This document shows, one piece after another, positions 1-13,266 of a stretch of DNA of 64,000 nt. The position numbers were made by a program, and so were the translations under genes. Source of the DNA: Octopus vulgaris (lineage: Eukaryota). The DNA lies in NCBI GenBank assembly GCA_951406725.2, contig OX597816.1, positions 155,000,001 through 155,064,000 on the forward strand, in the 5' to 3' direction. The notes below the pieces were generated by a model. The model was given only the letters and a program-made list of their open reading frames with translations, ran no database searches and was not told the origin of the DNA. Within the stretch, counting starts at the first letter, position 1. Each line of letters begins with the position of its first letter.

Positions 1-352
1 GACACTTTATAAATATGTTCCTACGCTGTTTGTATTGAGAATTTAAAACGAACGTCCATAAAACTATCTAAATTCATTTATGAGAGATAGCAACGTTCAG
101 CTCTGGAATAAAACACTACTGCAAATGCTGTGTCCGTTAGATAGTAGCAAGGTGATCAGATAGTAAGAACATTTGATTGTCTTCACTTTTAGTTTATTAA
201 GCCAACATTTAACGAGGTACTATCTTCATCTGAAGCTGCTTGAAAAGCTCTCTTGTGTTTAAGTTATCAGTGAGGCTAAATATACATGGAACTTACTCCA
301 TATACCAACGGTAATCAAATAAATAGATTTTATATAAGTTATACATATAACA

Positions 353-650
353 GCGCAGGAGTGGCTGTGTGGTAAGTAGCTTGCTAACCAACCACATGGT
401 AGAGGGTTCAGTCCCACCGCGTGGCACCTTGGGCAAGTGTCTTCTACTATAGCCCCGGGCCGATCAATGCCTTGTGAGTGGATTTGGTAGACGGAAACTG
501 AAAGAAGCCTGTCGTATATATGTATATGTATGTATGTGTGTGTCTGTGTTTGTCCCACTAGCATTGCTTGACAACCGATGCTGGTGTGTTTATGTCCCCG
601 TTACTTAGCGGTTCGGCAAAAGACAGCGATATAATAAGTACTGGGCTTAA
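353..650 (+). mobile_element. tRNA-derived CORE-type SINE (family A), 3'-truncated
   Basis: A box-like TGGCTGTGTGG and B box-like GGTTCAGTCCC, followed by CORE-like TGGCACCTTGGGCAAGTGTCTT and an internal TA/TG microsatellite. Other copies at 7295, 30240 and 48520. Confidence 0.85.
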
Positions 651-1144
651 TAAGTAAACAGCAAACTGTAACACACATGCAGACGCATATACGCATGCAC
701 ATACATGTATCTAGTATGGATAGTTTCCAGACAGTGTTAGTTTGTATTCATCTGCTAAAACAGAGAATTGAAAAATTAAATGAATAAAAAATGTAACTTC
801 TAAGGAATGTTATTGATAAAATATGCGTTTATGACTGAGAAATGTGAAGAAAAGTTCTTCGTTGATGCCAGGAATAATCTACAGTGCCTGACTGGAAATG
901 TGTTTATAAAGATTAGATTGAAAGATTGACTGGAATATTAATAGCAGTACAAAACAAATCAGTTTGACTGACGAATAAAGACTGTTGCATAAATTACATA
1001 GAGAAGATCTTTATCAATTTTCTAAAGTTTTAATAGACTAATTGATACTTTGCATACTTCGTTTACTCACGCACTACTTTAAAAAAAATTCTCTACATCA
1101 GCAAATGCAGAATTTTGCAGCTATGGTGTGAGTCTGTCACGATC

Positions 1145-1298
1145 ATCGATTGCACTACTTGATTAGTACTTTATTTTATCAAACCGAAAGGATGAAATGC
1201 AACAATGATCTTGACGGAATTTGAACTCTCTGCGAAAAGAGCTGGAGAAAATACTGTGAGGCATTTTCCCGGTGGTCAAATAATTTTCTAATTCGCCG
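1145..1298 (-). mobile_element. Degenerate copy of SINE family B (Meta/MESC-like domain)
   Basis: GTACTTTATTTTATC...CGAAAGGATGAAATGC...CGGAATTTGAACTC aligns to the better copies at 15370, 18119 and 36283. Confidence 0.6.
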
Positions 1299-1534
1299 AT
1301 TTTTGAATTTTTGGCTCCAAAAGACAACATATATAATGTATGAGTTAAAAATAAATGCCAGTAAGTTTATTTGTATTCATGCTAACCAGGTATTTGTAGT
1401 TGTCATGACTTAAGTTGAAGAGTAGACGCGGCCAGTTTTACAAGGTTTGAAGATGACAAAGTATGTGATGTTGGAAGAGATTCGACGAATTTTGTGTTGA
1501 GGTTATGCGACATCACATAATATCCTTGCACAAA

Positions 1535-1810
1535 GTTTATCAACGTCATTGTACTGTATCTTCTGCAAACATTGCAGTACCAGTTATATCGGCGAGCACT
1601 TGGACATCACGACGATTGCTTTCACGAACATATTCTACAATCTAAGTCAGGCCGACCTGTCGCCGCCCACTTCAACAAAACTGATCACTTCATTAATAAC
1701 TTATCAGTGTCCAATATCTCTGTACATCATGGACCCACACACTTAAGGAAAACGAAATTAGGGTGTTTCATATTCAAACCTAGGACTATGGAACCGGTGG
1801 GTTTAAATGA
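1535..1810 (+). pseudogene. Penelope-like element GIY-YIG endonuclease relic (frameshifted)
   Basis: YCIFCKHCSTSYIGE (CxxC + YIG) in one frame, then FHEH...PVAAHFN...H...RKTK..FIFKPRTMEPVGLN in the next. This is the typical PLE GIY-YIG C-terminal pattern ending in P.GLN. Confidence 0.8.
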
Positions 1811-2396
1811 CGTTTCTCATATAGTCCTTCACCCTACTTCTAATGCAGTAAGCCCTACAATGGCCTTTTGCCTTCCTCTCAAATAATGTTTTTCTCCACC
1901 TTACCGTCATCAGGTTTTTTTTCCCTTTTTTATTCTACTTCTTTCTACTTCCCTCAATAACCTAGTTTCCTTGACCTACTACTTCTTGTTTACAAATACG
2001 CTCTCACATTATTTTGTGTTATTTATCAGCAGCTGTCTGTCGGTAAAAAAAGACAACATAGGATGTAAAACGCTCCAGTTTTTCTATTATTTCTGTCATT
2101 AAGGAAATAATCTGTACAAATCACTGGAATTTTAACTCTCCAAGTACATACATTGTCCTTTCTTTCATTTTCTCGTTCTCTTTCTCACGATCTCTCTCTT
2201 TTACTGACAGTGTCTATGCCTATCTGTCTGACTATCTACTGCTTTACACACACACACACACACACACACATGTGCGAATTTGTGTTCGACCCTCTAACTT
2301 GGTGATCTGTCTGTTTCCCGTTTGTTCTTGCATATATGTATCTCTCTCTTTCTCTTTCTCTGTCTCTGTCTCTGTCTGTCTGTCTGTCTGTCTCTG

Positions 2397-2431
<35 letters not shown>

Positions 2432-3181
2432 TTCACAGACATATATAGTGATAAAATGCGCATGTATGGTGTTACTTCGGTAACAACGGTGCTTATGTTT
2501 CTGCACCTAGAATGTTCTCCAAAGTTCACTTGTATAAGTGCTGACAGTTAAACCGTGTAAAAGTTTCCACGCCACTAACGATGCCCAATCAAATTGTGAT
2601 GATGATATAGATTAGAATTTGTGCTGGCGCAGGCATTGCCGTCACAATTTAAAACAGTAGGAATAGATACATTAAAGCATTACTTCCGACACTTTGTTGA
2701 TTCACCACTCTGTATTGGAACCGCTGATAGGCTATTTTAAGATGACACACACAGACATATCTTAAAGCAGGACCTCCTCGAGAATAGTTTCGTTGAAATC
2801 GTATGAAGTGTATTTGTAATTTGATTTCATTCTTATCCTGCCTATGTTTAGTGAATTATATTTTGTTCTATCTCTATTGTGCCACTCATTCAAACATTTA
2901 TTCATATCCCATCACGTTTCCCTCTAGTTTTCTCTAACTTCAAAAATTCTTAATAGGTTTTTGTCTAATGACACTTTCAATATTTTTAAGATTCTTCAAT
3001 TTATTTTAAAAATGTAGTTATACCTTGGGAAATAATCTCCAATGTTCTCAGTTGACTGAGAATTAGAAATTTCTAATTAAGAGTTGCTATTACTGAAGTA
3101 TTTAAGCGGTGAATTGCAAAGGGTTGAAATCCAAATGCATTACATAACTGCAATATAATCTAATCTAGAGCTGTCAGAATA

Positions 3182-3227
<46 letters not shown>

Positions 3228-4832
3228 TCAAAATATATATATATATACATATACTAAAAAATATACGTATATACATATGTACGCATATATATATAAAAAT
3301 GGGGAATAAATGAATAAATTTGGTTAGGCAAGTGATTGGATAAATAGGTAGATAGACAGTTATGTAGACAGCTAGATCGATGCATAGATAGAAGTTACGT
3401 ATGCAGACAGATAGAATAGCATGATGCTGGATAGGTGGATAGTTCTTTAGATTGTCAAAAGGTGCACGTTTGTCTAGATAAACAGGTAAAGATATATATT
3501 TGTATGTAGAAATGGCTATAATATACAAGTAGTAGTTATAGTTGTGAATAAACGAATAGCATTTAGAGTTGATGAAAGGAATTGAAGACGTTACCGACTT
3601 GTTCTTTATTCATATAGTGTACCAAAGACGAAAGTATCATATCTAAGGATGAGATCTGAGGAAGACTTGGTTATCATTTCTAACAGGTTGCGTGACAGAA
3701 CAGAAGCTTCTCCATACGTCAAATAATTATGTTTGGTACTGTGCCTAGTCTCTCATCAACCGACCTGAATAGATTTTATACAAGAACAAAACTTAAATAT
3801 TGTGTACATTCACAAAAGGACGGACATTTTAAGAGAAAGATAATCAATCAAGTCGGCATCAGTACTTGATTAACTCGTAATTATTTCACCGACCCCATTA
3901 TCATGCGATCCCTGGTAAACTCCAATCGAGCACACCTATTGCCTACAGATCAATTTCCCAGTCGCATCATGTTTCTACCGACCTGAGACCAGAGTGGACA
4001 TTTGACATGTAGTACTGAATCTGATGTGTTACAGTGTGATAGTATGTAGTATGTTACCCTCACTTCACTCTCTAGAATCTTTCTGTACCTCCGTAGACCC
4101 TCATGCTGTTAAAGTGGACATAGTCAAATCACGTCAATCGCTCTCCCTCTGCACTAATTGTATAGGTATGTATCCTAACATCACGGGTGAAGCTAGTGAA
4201 GCTGTTGATGTCGTAGCTCTTTCTGTGTATTCGTGTCACTAGGCTGAGAGGGAAAGGTAGAGTTTTCACAGTGTTACTGTTGTAGACTCTGGGTTGTTGC
4301 AATTATACCTGGATCCTTGGGGATACTTTTTTCATTTTGTGGTAAAGATTATATTTTAATTTTGTTGCTGCAATAGTCCGTGTCACTTACAACAATAAAC
4401 TGTGTCGTAGTGTTCGAATGTGATCTGTGTAAAACCTGCTATGATGTAGTGCATTACTTGGTTTGTCTTTTTCTTATATTTTTGTTTGCTAGTGGCTGGG
4501 TGTTCAGCCACTATCTATAAGGCCGTGGGTTAAATGTTATAGATAATTTCTGGAAGAGGCAGGGTAATAAGACTAATATAATGTATAATGTTTGATAAAG
4601 AACTAGTTAACTTTAGAGAGGTTCTGAAATGAGTAATGTGGAGGACACACCCGCTGAACTCCTCTGTATCATTATGTCTGTAAAACCATGAGAATCTCTT
4701 CTATCCTTTATAATGGTTTCAAGACCGGCAATTATGTCTCGGATAACTCCATAATTACGCATTATAAATATAGCCATTGCATTTCTTAGAGTTGTTGTTG
4801 CGGTTTTCGCAACGATATATATCCTCTAACGG

Positions 4833-4833
4833 A

Positions 4834-4926
<93 letters not shown>

Positions 4927-4929
4927 GTG

Positions 4930-5024
<95 letters not shown>

Positions 5025-5044
5025 ATCGCATAAAAGCGGTACCA

Positions 5045-5088
<44 letters not shown>

Positions 5089-5295
5089 GTACATACGTAC
5101 ATACGCATGCATGTATGTATGTATGTACGTATATATATATATATATTTATATACATATATACGCATATATATATGTATATATATATATATGCATATATAT
5201 ATATGCATGTATATAAATATATATACATACATATATACATACACTCATACATACATCGTATGTACGTATGTACATACACATACAAATATATATAC
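4833..5295. repeat. (TATC)n microsatellite followed by TA/TATG-rich compound microsatellite
   Basis: Seen directly; source of the spurious YLSI/YIYI ORFs. Confidence 0.95.
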
Positions 5296-5411
5296 ACGTG
5301 TGTGTTTAAGGTGAAAGGAGGAGTGGGAGGGAAAGAGAAATGAAGAGAAAGAAAGACCTTTACCACTGTTTCGTCCGAGAAATTTACATGTAAACACAAT
5401 GTATTTGTATG

Positions 5412-5740
5412 ATGTCATTAAATTATGAAACCTAAGGCAAGTCTTTTAAATTCTACTTAAATTATTGTTTAGAATAACCAAAAACAAGTCTCAGAAGTAA
5501 AAGTTGACTGCATCAAATATAACGCAGAATCTAAGTTGTCTTTGGAACATAAATTTGTTGGAGTAACTTATGTGTTAATGCTATAAGATACACCACTATT
5601 TATTCGTATAACGTCATTAAATTAGACAACGTATGACAAATCTTTTAAATTCTGCTAAAACAGTATTGAAAATAAACAGAAGAGATATCAATAACGACAC
5701 GGCTGAATGTATCAAATACCACACAAAATCTCAAGTGTAT
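5412..5740. repeat. Old diverged tandem duplication, period about 200 bp
   Basis: GTCATTAAATTA...TCTTTTAAATTCT...ATCAAATA...AATCT occurs at about 5413 and about 5612. Confidence 0.6.
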
Positions 5741-6080
5741 TTATGTTTTAATATACTGGACTGAAACAAAATTCCTATTTATAAGCCCAGGATATATTCG
5801 ACACTTCTGTTTCTTACTCTGCTATCTAATATTTCAACTGAAGCGATATATCTATATACATAACGGATTCTGATGCTGCTGAAATGCCTTTTGATAGCTG
5901 AACCAAAGTGTACAATCGCTAGTTATTGCAAAATCGATAACTTAACTCTCCGTCCGGTTCTCTATATCTATTGTTGTATAAATCATGAACAATATTGCCT
6001 TTAACAAAAAAAACAAATTATTTATCTGTTCATTTATTCTACAGCTGCTGGGTTATCGTCAGATAAAAGTGACGGATGAC

Positions 6081-6118
<38 letters not shown>

Positions 6119-6124
<6 letters not shown>

Positions 6125-6735
6125 AATGTACACATACAGATATACACATACATGTATATGTGAGGACACATACAAAAATATATAATGTACACATAAAATA
6201 GAAATACCTACCTACCTACCTACCTACCTACCTACCTACCTACCTACCTACCTACCAACCTACCCACCTATCTATATTCATACATGCATGCATATATACA
6301 TACAACCATACATACATACGTATATATATACATAACGCATATTACTTGCTGAGTCTGGAGTAAGGGTCATTACACATACAGACCTTCCTAGATCAGTGAG
6401 CAGGATTCCATTGATATATAAATGTACACATACAGATATACACATACATGTATATGTGAGGACACATACAAAAATATATAATGTACACATAAAATAGAAA
6501 TACCTACCTACCTACCTACCTACCTACCTACCTACCTACCTACCTACCTACCTACCTACCTACCTACCTACCTACCAACCTACCCACCTATCTATATTCA
6601 TACATGCATGCATATATACATACAACCATACATACATACGTATATATATACATAACGCATATTACTTGCTGAGTCTGGAGTAAGGGTCATTACACATACA
6701 GACCTTCCTAGATCAGTGAGCAGGATTCCATTGAT
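6119..6735. repeat. Near-identical tandem duplication of about 300 bp
   Basis: 6119-6413 and 6414-6735 appear identical apart from the length of the (ACCT)n tract. Confidence 0.9.
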
Positions 6736-7085
6736 ATTTTGCTGAAGCTACTGCAGATCAGCTTTTACAGGAAAAAATGAAAAAGAGGAAGATTCTTGAG
6801 GGCCAATCTTCTGAGAAGTACTGAGTATAGTGGTTAGTGCGGGGATGAGGAAGTTGAACTCACCAAGACTGACTGGAAGTGGAAAGACAAGTGGGTTGAA
6901 GATGCCTGAATGATAGAAATACGAGGAACAGAAGCCGTTATAGTAGCTATGGTAAAGCCAGGGATTGGAGCATTACAGTTAGTGATTGGATTCCAATTAG
7001 TCAAGTGGTCGTCTTCTAGATGTGGCTCAAGATTCTGTGTGCATGTTAGCAGAACCGCCCCAGCTGTGGTAACACTACCACATTA
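6660..7085 (-). mobile_element. Degraded 3' end of a Jockey/L2-group LINE ORF2
   Basis: Minus-strand fragments YHSYYNGFCSS, PRTNHYTQYFS and LPLFIFPVKADLQ*LQQNINGILL resemble non-LTR ORF2 C-termini. Confidence 0.55.
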
Positions 7086-7245
7086 CAGAAACACCTAAGC
7101 ATTGCAGAGTGTCATACATGCATACATACACACATGCGCACATACACAAACTCATACACACACACACATGCACGCAGATGTTCCATGTGGAAAGTTATGT
7201 AATATTTGCGGTTTTAAACATTATAACGGCACTTCAGACTTGCAT

Positions 7246-7282
<37 letters not shown>

Positions 7283-7294
7283 CGGCAAGTATTA

Positions 7295-7601
7295 TTTTAC
7301 TCTTTTACTTGTTTCAGTCATTTGACTGTAGCCATGCTGGAGCACCGACTTTAGTCGAACAAATCAACCTCAGGACTTATCCTTTGTAAACCTAGTACGT
7401 ATTCTATCGGCGTCTTTTGCCGAACCATAAGTTACGGGGACGTAACGTTTTCAGTTCTAATCTACAAAATCCACTCACAAGGCTTTGGTCGGCCCGAGGC
7501 TATAGTAGAAGACACTTGCCCAGGGTGCCACGCAGTGGGACTGAACCCGGAACCATGTTGTTGGTAAGAAAGGTACTTAGCACACAGCAACTCCTGCGCC
7601 T
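7295..7601 (-). mobile_element. CORE-type SINE family A with LINE-derived 3' tail (internally deleted)
   Basis: Reverse complement of the 353-650 head/CORE, plus tail GGTGCTCCAGCATGGCTACAGTCAAATGACTGAAAC and an (AGTAAA)-type end. Confidence 0.85.
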
Positions 7602-7689
7602 ATAGTAGTTCATAAATCCGAAAAAAGTACACTCTAAAAATTAAGCTAGTAATACTTAAAAGATTGATGGTTAGGATCTCGGGGAGGCG

Positions 7690-7915
7690 CCACATTACAG
7701 CCTGGGTCTACTGCATATAATGTTTAAAAAAGGTGGATACGTCATAGATAAATAAATGAAAGCTCCTAGAACAACCGAGCAATGCCGTAACGGGAGCAAA
7801 CAATGCAAACTTTGCTTGGTTGACCCTGATGAAATCACTCAAGCCTGGCACCGTCTTAAACTAAAAAAAAAGATGTTTTGTCGGTGCTCTCATCAGAGAA
7901 AATTCATGGTGAAAA
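7690..7915 (+). pseudogene. Second Penelope-like GIY-YIG C-terminal relic
   Basis: NGSKQCKLCLVD...MFCRCSHQRKFMVK resembles the 'GSKRCxLCL.EK...LN...CRH..KF' C-terminus of marine-invertebrate PLE endonucleases. Confidence 0.6.
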
Positions 7916-8340
7916 CATGGATTTCCCCCGCTTGCTGACTTCCGAAAAAAATAATCTAGTGCTGACTCTTTTCAGACTTAACTGGAACCGATCTATAGAA
8001 GATAATTTAATCTCACCCAGTAAAATTGTCTAAAAAAAAAACGATTTTCGTTTCGGAATATTTTCTTTATAACCACAACTTACTAAGACTCGCTCCTGCC
8101 TCCAGTTGGAGAGAGCTTAAGTGCCTCCAGCCATCGTCCTAACGAGTTAGTAACACTACTAAGAACCCTACAGGTCCGAAACCAATAGGTCACTCTCTGA
8201 CCGGCCATAAACATCAAACATTTAAGTATATATATATATATATATATATATATCTATATATATATATATATACATATAAAAACAGATGAATGGTACAACA
8301 ACGCACCAATATATATATACACATACATACATATAAATAT

Positions 8341-8445
<105 letters not shown>

Positions 8446-8562
8446 TGTGTGTGTGTGTTTGAGTATCGCCTGCGTCATAATAATGTTGAAACTTCGAGAG
8501 ATACGTGATGAATCGTTTTCAGCAGTAGAACTCGAAGTAGATAAACCTATGAATAATGGCAT

Positions 8563-11295
8563 GATTTTGATTTTGATTTTTCCAGTTTCAGCTAATGAGC
8601 TGTGGCCATGCTGGGGCACCGCCATTTGGTTTGCTACACGGGTTTACCTCACGGATGCTTTTTAGCAAACGCCATCTGATGCATGAGAGAGTTCGATGCA
8701 GCTGCACCTCCTGCCGTGAAGTTGGTTCATCCGGGACACCTGACAGGAAGAGATCCAGTCCTACTTTAAAGACATCCGCATCTACACCATGCAGGTCCCT
8801 CAGGTTCTTCGGGAGGACATTGAAGAGCCGTGGGCCTCTGAAGCCCAGGCTATCACAATATCTTGTCCTACATCTTGATGGCAAATTTGGAGTCCTTGGT
8901 ACTACGCAGTGGCGTCCGGTTCTGGCGTTTGTGTGACTCTCGATGCCAAAGTCTGGGACAAGACCTTCCAGGATCTTCCAGATATATATTATGGCATATC
9001 TTTCTCGCCTACGCTCCAGGGAATAGAGCTTTAATCTCTTGAGTCTCTCCCAGTAGCTCGTATGCTGCACAGAGGCTATCTTCTTCGTGTAGCTTCGTTG
9101 GATCGCCTCAAGTTCTGTGATCAACTTGACACTGGATGGTGACCATAGCTGAGAGCAATAGTCAAAGTGGCTTAGGACAAGTGTCTTCCAGAGGTCCATC
9201 ATGGTTTCTTGTTCTCTTGTTCTAAAGGTTCTAAGAATCCATCCAGCCAGCCGTCTGCATTTCATTGTCAGTTTAGCAACATGTACATGAAAGGTCGCGT
9301 CATCACTCATGTGAATACCCAGGTCACGCACTGATTGTGCCTCTGGGATTGCAATCCCTCCGGGTCCAGTGTATTCATTGGGTATTGCATTCAGTTTTGC
9401 ATGCTGATAGTATAAAGCTTGAAACTTTTCAGCATTGAACTGCATGCTATTCTTTTCAGCCCACTTGTATATTTCGTCCAGCTCACATTGCAGGTGCTTA
9501 GTGTCTTCAGGGTTCTGTATTGCCTGTGAAACTTTTGTATCATCTGCATAACTTGTGATCGTGGCTCTCCGCGTGGCTGAGGGCATGTCTGAGAGGGCCA
9601 TTATGAACAGTAGTGGTCCCAAAACAGTGCCCTGTGGAACACCGCTCACTATTTGCGTGCTAATGGAAGTGGCCCCATTGGCTGCTACCACCTGACTTCT
9701 ATTCTTCAGAAAGTCATGAAGCCATTCTCCTAGTTTTCCAACTATGCCAAGATCACGCAGTTTGTGACATATCATTCGTTGATCGACTTTATCGAAGGCC
9801 TTTGCGAAGTCGAGATATATGACTTCCACATTTGAGTGGTTGAGCAGTTGTTTCAGCACCCAGTCATAGTGCTGCAGGAGCTGAGTTAAGCAGCTTCTTC
9901 CTGGTCGGAAACCATGTTGGGTGTCGGGCAGCAAGTCATTTTCTTCAAGGAAGGTGATTAGTTTCCTTCTGACTATTCGTTCCATGACCTTGCTGATGTG
10001 TGAGGTCAGAGAGATAGGTCTGTAGTTCTTGGCCTCTGCTCTGCTACCTCCTTTATGAATAGGGCATATTTTACCTTCCTTCAGTTTTCTTGGAAGTTTG
10101 CCAGCTGCAAGGAAGCTCTGAAAGAGGAACTGCAGTGGTCTTGCTAGGACTCTCTTACATACTTTTAGGAGGATTGCCGGGAATCCATCGGGGCCAATAG
10201 CTGAGTCTGTTTTCATTTCATCTATAGCCTTTATTACATCGTCTTCCTTTATATCGATGTAATTTATCGTCGCCGCCTCTGATTTTATATCTGCAGTGGT
10301 AAAGAAGTCAGTTAGATTGCTGATTTGGAAATGCCCAAGGGGTGGAGTGAAAACACTCTTGAATTGTTCATTCAGTATTTCACTTACCCTCATTGGTTTT
10401 CCTGTGAGTGTGCCATCCTTTTCAAGGAGTGGCCCTATCCTACAGTGCACCGTAGCTGTTTCTTTGGCATACCTGTAGAAAGCTCTGGGGTTAGTTTTTA
10501 TGTTGTCTATAGCCCAGGCTTCTTTGTCTGCTCTCTCCTTCTCATGGGAGAGTTGCAGACAATTTTCAATTTCTAACAGTTTTATTTTCAGGCGGGACTT
10601 TTCACTGCTTTCAATTTGTTTGTTTAGGCGATTTGAAACTTTTGTACACCGTCTCATTAAAATTTTCCTCTCTCTGGGGATTTTGTTCTTGTGTACAGTG
10701 GCCTTTCTCTCTGGGACACATTTGTAGCATATGGCTTGCATTACAGACATGAATTGTTGAAGTATCATGTCGACGTCCGGCGAGGAGAGACATTCAGGCC
10801 AGTTTTGTTTGAGGATCTCTTTCTTAATTTGTTTCCAGTTTGCCTTATTGAAGTTCAAGCTGGAAAGATTCTGAGGGTTTCTTGTAGGCTGCATGTCCGT
10901 GCTCTCTTTTGGCCCGTACATGGTCAGCTCTACCATGTTGTGATCCGAGAGTAGTGTCGGTGTCACTTTCACATTATGGATGAGATCCATATTAATTATG
11001 AAGCAGAGATCCAGTGTGTTACCTGCTCTGGTTGGTTGGAGTATTACTTGCACCATGTACAGGGTGTTGATGAGGTTCAGGAGGGACCTCGCCTGTCCTC
11101 GTTCACATCTTGTCATTCCTGGGAGAGAAAGGCCCTCGGGCCATCTGACATTGGGTAGATTGAAGTCTCCCATGAGAAGTACACTTATGTGTTGTTCTAA
11201 TGTGATTAGAACTTCTTCTACTTTTAAAAGGCAGTCCTCAAACTTGCCCATATGACTTGGGGCATCTGGTGGGCGATATGTAGCACACACAACTT
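8563..11295 (-). mobile_element. 5'-truncated CR1/L2-group non-LTR retrotransposon (LINE)
   Basis: 2.7-kb GC-richer block encoding the C-terminal half of an APE endonuclease plus RT; 3' end with (AAAATC)3 tail and short stem-loop; no clear TSD. Confidence 0.93.
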
Positions 11296-11356
11296 TTGAG
11301 TTAAAAGCAACCCTTGGATGGAGAAAGGCCACATATCTTTTGACTTTTCTAGCCAA
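8588..11356 (-). CDS. LINE ORF2 (partial APE endonuclease + reverse transcriptase); N-terminal ~20 aa probably flanking sequence
   Basis: 922-codon open frame with YRPP, GDFN, PTR..NTLDL and SDH (APE), and [42 protein letters not shown] and YADD (RT). Lacks the APE N-terminal N..G/ET motifs. Confidence 0.9.
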   Translation of the reverse strand: MARKVKRYVAFLHPRVAFNSKVVCATYRPPDAPSHMGKFEDCLLKVEEVLITLEQHISVLLMGDFNLPNVRWPEGLSLPGMTRCERGQARSLLNLINTLYMVQVILQPTRAGNTLDLCFIINMDLIHNVKVTPTLLSDHNMVELTMYGPKESTDMQPTRNPQNLSSLNFNKANWKQIKKEILKQNWPECLSSPDVDMILQQFMSVMQAICYKCVPERKATVHKNKIPRERKILMRRCTKVSNRLNKQIESSEKSRLKIKLLEIENCLQLSHEKERADKEAWAIDNIKTNPRAFYRYAKETATVHCRIGPLLEKDGTLTGKPMRVSEILNEQFKSVFTPPLGHFQISNLTDFFTTADIKSEAATINYIDIKEDDVIKAIDEMKTDSAIGPDGFPAILLKVCKRVLARPLQFLFQSFLAAGKLPRKLKEGKICPIHKGGSRAEAKNYRPISLTSHISKVMERIVRRKLITFLEENDLLPDTQHGFRPGRSCLTQLLQHYDWVLKQLLNHSNVEVIYLDFAKAFDKVDQRMICHKLRDLGIVGKLGEWLHDFLKNRSQVVAANGATSISTQIVSGVPQGTVLGPLLFIMALSDMPSATRRATITSYADDTKVSQAIQNPEDTKHLQCELDEIYKWAEKNSMQFNAEKFQALYYQHAKLNAIPNEYTGPGGIAIPEAQSVRDLGIHMSDDATFHVHVAKLTMKCRRLAGWILRTFRTREQETMMDLWKTLVLSHFDYCSQLWSPSSVKLITELEAIQRSYTKKIASVQHTSYWERLKRLKLYSLERRRERYAIIYIWKILEGLVPDFGIESHTNARTGRHCVVPRTPNLPSRCRTRYCDSLGFRGPRLFNVLPKNLRDLHGVDADVFKVGLDLFLSGVPDEPTSRQEVQLHRTLSCIRWRLLKSIREVNPCSKPNGGAPAWPQLIS

Positions 11357-11451
11357 GAATTCTTTTCAGCCCAATATCCTATTATTTATAGTTTTTTCTA
11401 CTTTGAATTCCAGCGTTACAAACTATAACACACAAACATACACAAATGCAG

Positions 11452-11477
11452 ACACACACACATACACACACACACAC

Positions 11478-11558
<81 letters not shown>
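11452..11558. repeat. (CA)n microsatellite
   Basis: Seen directly. Confidence 0.95.
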
Positions 11559-11560
<2 letters not shown>

Positions 11561-12445
11561 CATACACACATACGTGCAAAGTAAAGTATGAATGTGACTG
11601 CTAAGCAAGCATGCCTAGGTACAGTTTGTACGCTGTAGCCAATTGTATTCACGATCAGTTGTAAACATCATCCACGTCCATGAAATTGTGAAGTTAATAC
11701 CCTAGCATTTAGACCACGCACCTTTTGTGTGTGTGTGTGTGTATGTGTGTGTGTGTGTATGTTTGTGTGTATGTATGTGTATTAATGTGTGCGTATTTCC
11801 ATCGTGTTTTCTCCTTTAAAGTAAAAAACAGAAAGAGTAAGATAGTGGCTTGATAGATAGACACCGATTAAGACCCTTGGATTTAACGACCCGTGGATGA
11901 CAGCAGGCAAATGATTGAAAATAGAACAAGCAGGAAAATAGAGACATAATCACTTAAGAATAGGTGTCCTCACTTTTTTGCAAAACAATTTATATAGAAA
12001 ACACGAGAAGCAAAAGACAAGCTTATCATGAATCGATAAAGAGCTGTAATGGCGATGTATTATTTTCAAACTACCTTGAAAGTCACATTGATATATTGCA
12101 ACAACAGACACTAATGTTACAGACTACGTTGTTTACATTATCTAATTCTTAAAGAGAAGCAGGATCTTGGTGATTTTAGCATCATTATTGCGACATAACT
12201 TTATGTCATTTGGAGTGATAGATTTAAATATGAAACTGAAAAAAAAATATTGACAAATACTTGTTATCTTCCTTAATTAAATTTGAACAAATTTCGTTAC
12301 GTCGTTTTCATTAAGCAAGTTTCTTTATATAACGAAGGCTAACCAGTGTTCTTTTCATAACAAATCAATTATTGCTGCCAATATTCACGATGTGCGTGAC
12401 CACATTCTCCTATAGAATGAATACAATCAGTCAAAAGCGGTGGGT

Positions 12446-12526
<81 letters not shown>

Positions 12527-13266
12527 GTATTATGTTTGATAAACAAAATTATTGAAAAATGATGGCATTCAATAAAGGTATTGAGTAAATGTATTTGTAT
12601 TTCTTAATAAAACTAGTAAACACACCTTGTAGGTCACCATGGATATCATAATTTCACATCGCTTTTCAGACAATCAGTCTCTATTTTTTGTGCCAATTTA
12701 ACAAATTCTGAAATAATACACATATTTTACGTTCGAGTTTCGGAAGTTGACTTCACCTCCACATAATCCAACCTAGAAATGATACAGAATCGTTACATAG
12801 GCATCAGTGAAAGAAAGTTTAAAAATTAACTTTATAATCATACATTATTGCATAAACTCCACATAAAACGAACATAGCAAAATTCACCATTTTCAACTGA
12901 AACGAGAAAAGAATTGCTTATCCATGAGTATAATGTATAAGTAGCGCTCGGCGAAGCAAAGATATTTATTTCATAGATGAGATTCAGATACTTTCCGTAT
13001 AGAACACATTTTGTAGTGCTCAAGTGGTTTAAACTTAAGTGGGCACAGAAATAAATGTAGGAATAAGTAGAGATATAGGGAATCAAAGGATTTGCATGCA
13101 TTCAGTATACTTTATATATTTTATCTGTCTAACTTGCTTATCACTACATTTACCTCTATATCCGCTCAATTTTAAATCTCTTGAGCACTACAAAGTGTAT
13201 TCTATACGGACAGTATGTGGATCTCATTTATGAACTATATACACACACACACACACACACACAAAC

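Noticed and set aside
2040-2080. Hammerhead-like remnant downstream of the first GIY-YIG relic (GACAACATAGGATGTAAAACG)
   Set aside because: Both core boxes are too degenerate to support.
4045-4541. Possible solo LTR (TGTAGTATGTTACCCTCAC...GTGGGTTAAATGTTATA, internal AATAAA)
   Set aside because: Terminal IR is imperfect, with no TSD or second copy; too weak to call.
8595-11255. Plus-strand and alternative-frame ORFs overlapping the LINE
   Set aside because: Shadow ORFs of the RT coding sequence with no independent motifs.
8588-11356. Retron, DGR or group II intron-type RT system
   Set aside because: APE+RT layout and tandem-repeat tail are those of a eukaryotic non-LTR retrotransposon.
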